From Akkermansia muciniphila (GTDB lineage: Bacteria > Verrucomicrobiota > Verrucomicrobiia > Limisphaerales > SIAT01), in NCBI GenBank assembly GCA_945900775.1, contig CAMDJP010000005.1, positions 20,167 through 84,166 on the forward strand: a stretch of 64,000 nt of DNA. Reading direction: 5' to 3'. Shown piece after piece: positions 63,838 to 64,000 of the stretch (position 1 is its first letter; every line of letters begins with the position of its first letter). The notes under the pieces are model-generated. The model did no database searches, was not told the DNA's origin, and saw nothing but the letters and a program-made list of their open reading frames with translations. A program made the position numbers and the translations under genes.

Positions 63838-64000
63838 AAACTGTTCTTTTTAAGACCCGCCGCGCGAGTTTCCTCACCCGATCTCGGAAGGCCACTCTTC
63901 CAAAAAGGAGTGGGAGCCTAGTCAGCAGCCAAACGGATGGCAAGTCCTGTTTTACGAGTGCGACAGTTCTTTTTGGGATGCTCGGGATCCAATGCGGACC

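Noticed and set aside
1-64000. Search by eye for CRISPR arrays, IS elements, rRNA, tmRNA, RNase P RNA, and further riboswitches in other leaders (for example gltB, acnA, hemL, nadE).
   Set aside because: No regularly spaced direct repeats, terminal inverted repeats with transposase, or conserved ncRNA core strings were seen. A covariance-model scan would be needed to exclude them formally.

Overview
64 kb of high-GC (about 60%) bacterial chromosome. The gene content suggests the PVC superphylum, probably Verrucomicrobiota: a DUF1559 / prepilin-type 'H-X9-DG' protein, a PVC-type CxxCH heme-binding protein with HEAT repeats, LpxI, and sulfatase and pectate lyase genes. All protein calls come from my own reading of the supplied translations (motif recognition) and of the DNA. 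No database, HMM or covariance search was run.

Most of the window is housekeeping:
- the end of the dcw cluster (ftsA-ftsZ) and gnd
- a minus-strand mixed cofactor operon (nadC-birA-coaX-trpA-manC-rlmI)
- nadE, hemL-ruvX-truA-trmL, acnA, mnmA, gltB
- rpsP-KH-trmD-rplS, rnhB-yraN
- two tRNAs, Val-UAC and Asn-GUU

The non-routine content is:
1. A clear SAM-I riboswitch with a terminator/antiterminator. It sits in front of a 'threonine synthase'-like gene, a MoaD/ThiS-type carrier ending in Gly-Gly, and a stand-alone NIL-domain gene. This is probably a protein-thiocarboxylate route to homocysteine.
2. A translationally coupled VTC-domain / DUF4956 membrane pair, next to an orphan HlyD-like adaptor.
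3. A carbohydrate-active cluster downstream of tRNA-Val. In it, a PL10 pectate lyase carries a roughly 99-nt diverged copy of the 5' end of the neighbouring Old-Yellow-Enzyme gene.
4. A 1244-aa secreted metzincin / Ig-like / seven-blade SBBP-repeat protein.
5. Three tandem, coupled CNNM/CorC paralogues directly after ftsZ.
6. A 470-bp convergent intergenic region rich in hairpins, with a possible tiny membrane ORF.

No CRISPR array, transposase, integrase or prophage genes were seen. Many long ORFs in the six-frame track are GC-driven antisense shadows and were rejected.
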